From Balanoglossus misakiensis (lineage: Eukaryota > Animalia > Hemichordata), in NCBI GenBank assembly GCA_040954595.2, contig CM082582.2, positions 12,334,415 through 12,398,414 of the forward strand: a stretch of DNA of 64,000 bases, in the 5' to 3' direction. Shown here in pieces: positions 59,865 through 64,000 of the stretch; the first letter of the stretch is position 1; each line of letters begins with the position of its first letter. A program made the position numbers and the translations under genes. Under the pieces are notes generated by a model that worked only from the letters and a program-made list of their open reading frames with translations, did not search any database and was not told where the DNA came from.

Positions 59865-60824
59865 AGTGAGTTTAGTTTAGGCCTACCTGTTACAAAATGG
59901 ACATCACAGACATTAATTACAATTTCTGCAAACATTTTTTGGTAAATGTATAGCTGCGATTTAACATTTAAAACACACTTCGATAGTACTTACTGTGCTG
60001 TACAATCGCCCCAGCCAGCAGAGAATTTCTTGCACTTTAAAAGTGACGTTCTACGACAGCTGACAGCAATTTTGTGCTTTTTCTCACACAGCTTTACAGA
60101 TCATTCCAGAATGCCGCCACAAAAAATCAATATATCGTATTGGTCCAAGTAACCCTTTTTATGGTATGCAAATTTCATTGATCAAGTTCAATGTGACCGG
60201 TTCTTATCGTATTTAACTGGTAGCGTTGTTGAGGGCAGTATTTCTGTATATCATTTCAGTTGGCATTTTTTGTATAAATGTCTATAGAAGTGCATGTCAT
60301 TACAGCTTCAAAAGACAAAGCTTTATCACAGCTTTACAGATGGATGTTGGCAACGTTTAAAGAACGAAAGATATCTTTTGACATTATTTTGATAGTTTCA
60401 TTGTTGGGTTTATGTTCTAATTGATGAAATATACTTTGTTAAGGGTCATAAAAGAGTACACACACAATGTGTATGAGGTATACCAGTTTAATACAGAACT
60501 TAAACAATATACAATAACTTAAAATAAACTTTAACAATATACTTTATTTTCAGAAGAATATACTTCTGCTGTGGAAAAATATTTAGAATATGAGTTTATG
60601 TTCACTGTCTCTTACAAATGTCACTAAAGCATGTGAATTTGCAGTGAGTTTAACTTATGGCAGAAAAGTAAATCCAACAACAAATGCATTTCTGGTATGT
60701 CTGTGTCATAAACTAATCTGTCTTTGCCCTGCATTGAAAACCAAGGGCAAAAGAAAACAGAAACATATCTTGGAATCCTTGAAATCAAGGTTGCCGGTGC
60801 AGTCGCACGATTTGAAGCCATGAT

Positions 60825-63486
60825 TTAATACCTGTGAACAACAGAATAAGAGTAAAAAAAAACTAGAATACAGCGTACTTTGGATCTAAAACCACATTAA
60901 AAGACTAAATACAAAAGTTTATCGCTGTTTGATGCCCCAAAACAGACCTCTCACTTCTGTCCACCTAACTAGGCTTCTTCTTCAGAAACCAGAAATGTTT
61001 TATAATGTGGCAGTGCTGAGTACTAGCTGACCTGAAAATGGCCATGTTCTGTGTTTTCATCTGTTGTACCACACAGTAGTTTATGTTGGTACAAACCCAA
61101 GATTGTCAGTTGGAATGTCATAAAAAGTGTACAAGAAATCCCACTTTGTTCATATAAAGTACAATGTAAGTCCACTTGTAGCCTAGGTCCTGTCTGACCT
61201 GACTGTATCAGTTTAACATAAATGAACAGAAGAAAAACAACAACAACAACAACAACAACTGTAGAAATTATCCTGAGTGTATGAGAGACTGGTTCTCACT
61301 CGTCTTCCAGTTCATGGTAGTAGGTCTTCAACCAGTCGAGGTCAAGGGTCAGATTCAGTAACTTCTGTTGAATTTCGAAGTAATCTTCATCAGCAGGCTC
61401 TCTAGGTGGCTGATATGGTGGCAGTGAACCGCTTGGTTGAATGCTACTTTCATTGTCTGGGGACCTCGCACTAATTTTCACACGATTGGATTCACTGCTA
61501 GAGGACGCTGTTCCACTAGAAATGACCGTATCCTTGGATACTTGGGGTGCAGTGATGTCTCCATTCTGTGAATCTGATCCCAGTGTCTGCTTGTCTTCCA
61601 ATATTGCACTACTGCTACTTCGGGTTGCGATTGATGTAATCCCTGCTTTGCTAACACCGGTATCTTCCATCTCTTCAAAGCTATTTTGTAATTTTCTTTT
61701 GCTTGAGTTGGTGCAGCCATTTGACCGGACTTTGTCCAGTCTGTCCCTATGAGCTTTAGGACTATATTTTGCAATGTCTTCCGGAGTGAGTTTCCTGAGT
61801 TTTACTTGCACTGGTGGGATGCTCCTTGGTGTATTTCCCAAAAGACTTTGATGCCGGGTTACTCGAACTGTTCCTTGTTGTGTCTCCTGCGTAGACAACG
61901 TGCTGTTCTCACTGAAGGAAGACAGGTTTGAGGATTTCACCATTTCGCTTGAGCTCTGTGTTCCATTTCCGTCGGCTCTCTCTGATCCCACATCTTGTGT
62001 CATTTGAGTGCTCTGTGCCAATGGCGTTGGGATTTCACTTTGTGACACTTCATCCCCCTCAGTTGTGTTGTCAGGTGACCTGTCAGGTGACCAACACCAA
62101 TCTTCTATCAGCTGACTAGAGGAACTGTTGGAAGACTTCAAAAGACTTGATTGATCTAAAAACAAAAGATTGAAGTAACAGAGGTTCAACTTGGTGTAAC
62201 AGACAGGCAAGAACTAATAGCCAGTCAAAGCACATAAAATTTGTTCATTAACATGTGTGTTCCTATGGGGTTTAGACACATTATAGCCAGTCACATGATG
62301 AGTTCAGGAGAGCATTTTATCTTCTTCTCTGGCTTCTATCAACTTTCTGGACATACCTGAACTTAGCTGAGTTAACATGGCAAGGTGACAGCTTTCTAAA
62401 AATTCTGCCGGATCAGAAGCCTGGAGAGATGAAAGATGGTCGTATTAATCCACAGTTCCTCCATCAATACAGTGCAGGACTATGGTTAATCCAAGTGTGT
62501 GAATTGATCCAATGTACATTGGAAGCAAGAATTGAATTGAAACAGGCTTGAGTTATTGTGTAGACATTCACAGTTTCAAGTATGATTTGATTTCGAGCAA
62601 GAAGTCCTCTACTTGAGTTGTCAGTTGATGGCTGTATGGCGCGACTATGAATATGAACCACAATGACTCAGTTTGTATTGATTGAATTCTCAAATTGAAG
62701 ACAACTGACAGCCTTACCTGTGAAAAAGACATTAAACCAGACCCTGAACACAAAGACTCTTCAGGATTTTCTCTGCTGGCAGACTCAGAACTAGTATTAC
62801 TATTGACAAGTTCTGGTGAAGGAGGGCAGTAATCTTCTTTCCACTCTAAGCGAACATACAACAAACACAAACGAGATAAGCTAAGACAGATATGATCTGA
62901 TGTTGGTAAACATCGACTATAAACCTTGAAAATAACAGAAGGGGGCACACTTTAACAAAGTACATAACTTGCACTTGCTGCTTGGGGAAACAGCAATCAT
63001 TAGAACCTACACTGAGTTTAGCAAATTTTACCCACCAGAAGTGCCATTTTATAAAGTGCTTGAAAATGTCAAATTTCATTGTCAGGTTTTCTTGGTTGTA
63101 CAATTTTCCTTACCTTCAATGTTGTTTAACTCTTCAAGCATATCCTGCGGAATCTCGAAGTCAGCATAATCCAACTGATCCTGTAAAATGAACAATAGTT
63201 CAATCTTAGTTCACTTTTCAGCTACAATAGAGATCATAATATACTTTGCTTTCCCTACTTTCAAACATTAAACAACATAGCACCAGTCATATGTGCCTAT
63301 AAGACATTTCAAAGTGTGATCTCACCTCTGTTGGATCTGGAGTCAAGGCACCACTACACACATCAGAGCTGAGTTCAGTTGATTGTTCGCTTTCAGAATT
63401 GTTTTCTTCGGCATAAGACATAACTATTTTGTCGTCATACAGCTTCTCTGTCAACTTTATGACTCCAGAAAGTTGAGACTGTTCTA
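60825..63486 (-). CDS. 3' portion of a Ser/Thr-rich, SQ/TQ-rich protein gene; 5' end upstream, probably beyond the window
   Basis: Phase-compatible exons 63486-63326, 63180-63114, 62845-62718, 62420-62357, 62155-61300 and a terminal exon at 60831 (GA|G TAT TAA); no recognisable folded domain in the window. Confidence 0.6.
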
Positions 63487-64000
63487 CTGTGTTCTCAGAA
63501 AAAGAGAACTCACATGTAGTGTTTTTCTGTCCTAGTCTGAAATGCAGTAAAGATTTATGCACAGTTTGAAAATTAATATTTCACTGGAACATCATGCTTT
63601 GCATTGGGGCTGCTGTTTTCTATTCACTTTTTACTGTAACAATGACACAAACAAAACAAGTACCTTCCAGAAATAATAGTACTATTATTCTGTATTGCTG
63701 AGTCTAAACTCTTTAGAGACCTTACATAACAAGAAATTCCAACCTTGTTTGAAACAATACGAACATTGGCAGACTCACTAATGCTATTCGTTTCAACTTT
63801 CCAACAAATGTTTCCAGGATAACAAAAGATTCACAATTGCACAGGGACAAAACAAAGCCTTAGCTTTCACTAACTAGATTTTCAAAAAATAATTGCAAGT
63901 ACAATGTACAATCAATTGACATTTCTCATTTCAACATTACCTCCTTCTCCACAAAGTCGTCATTCTGTTTTTAATTCTTGGCACATCCATAATCTTTGAA

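Overview
Intron-containing eukaryotic (invertebrate animal) genomic DNA. From left to right: the first coding exon of a PRRT3/4-like membrane protein (-); a CUB+LDLa gene fragment (-); two tandem Mu-class GST genes (-); tRNA-Val(AAC); a three-gene ADP-ribosylation/ubiquitin cluster; the head-to-head pair EXOSC4 (-) / OPLAH (+); a small secreted LDLa-like gene (-); two tandem GH1 beta-glycosidases (-); and the 3' part of a Ser/Thr-rich gene (-). The best candidate for a new system is the 20-42 kb cluster. A PARP14/PARP10-like mono-ADP-ribosyltransferase is flanked by two genes that each fuse a macrodomain to a Deltex RING-DTC E3 ligase, resembling PARP9/DTX3L in one chain. One fusion gene is head-to-head with the PARP and shares inverted-duplicated RRM exons with it, and all three genes have paired STAT(GAS)/NF-kB-like motifs upstream. 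Other highlights are a tandemly duplicated, probably mutually exclusive exon in OPLAH, a 21-nt GST microexon, and ER-retention-like tails on the GH1 enzymes. Exon models were built by eye from GT-AG sites and reading-frame phase, and no database searches were run.
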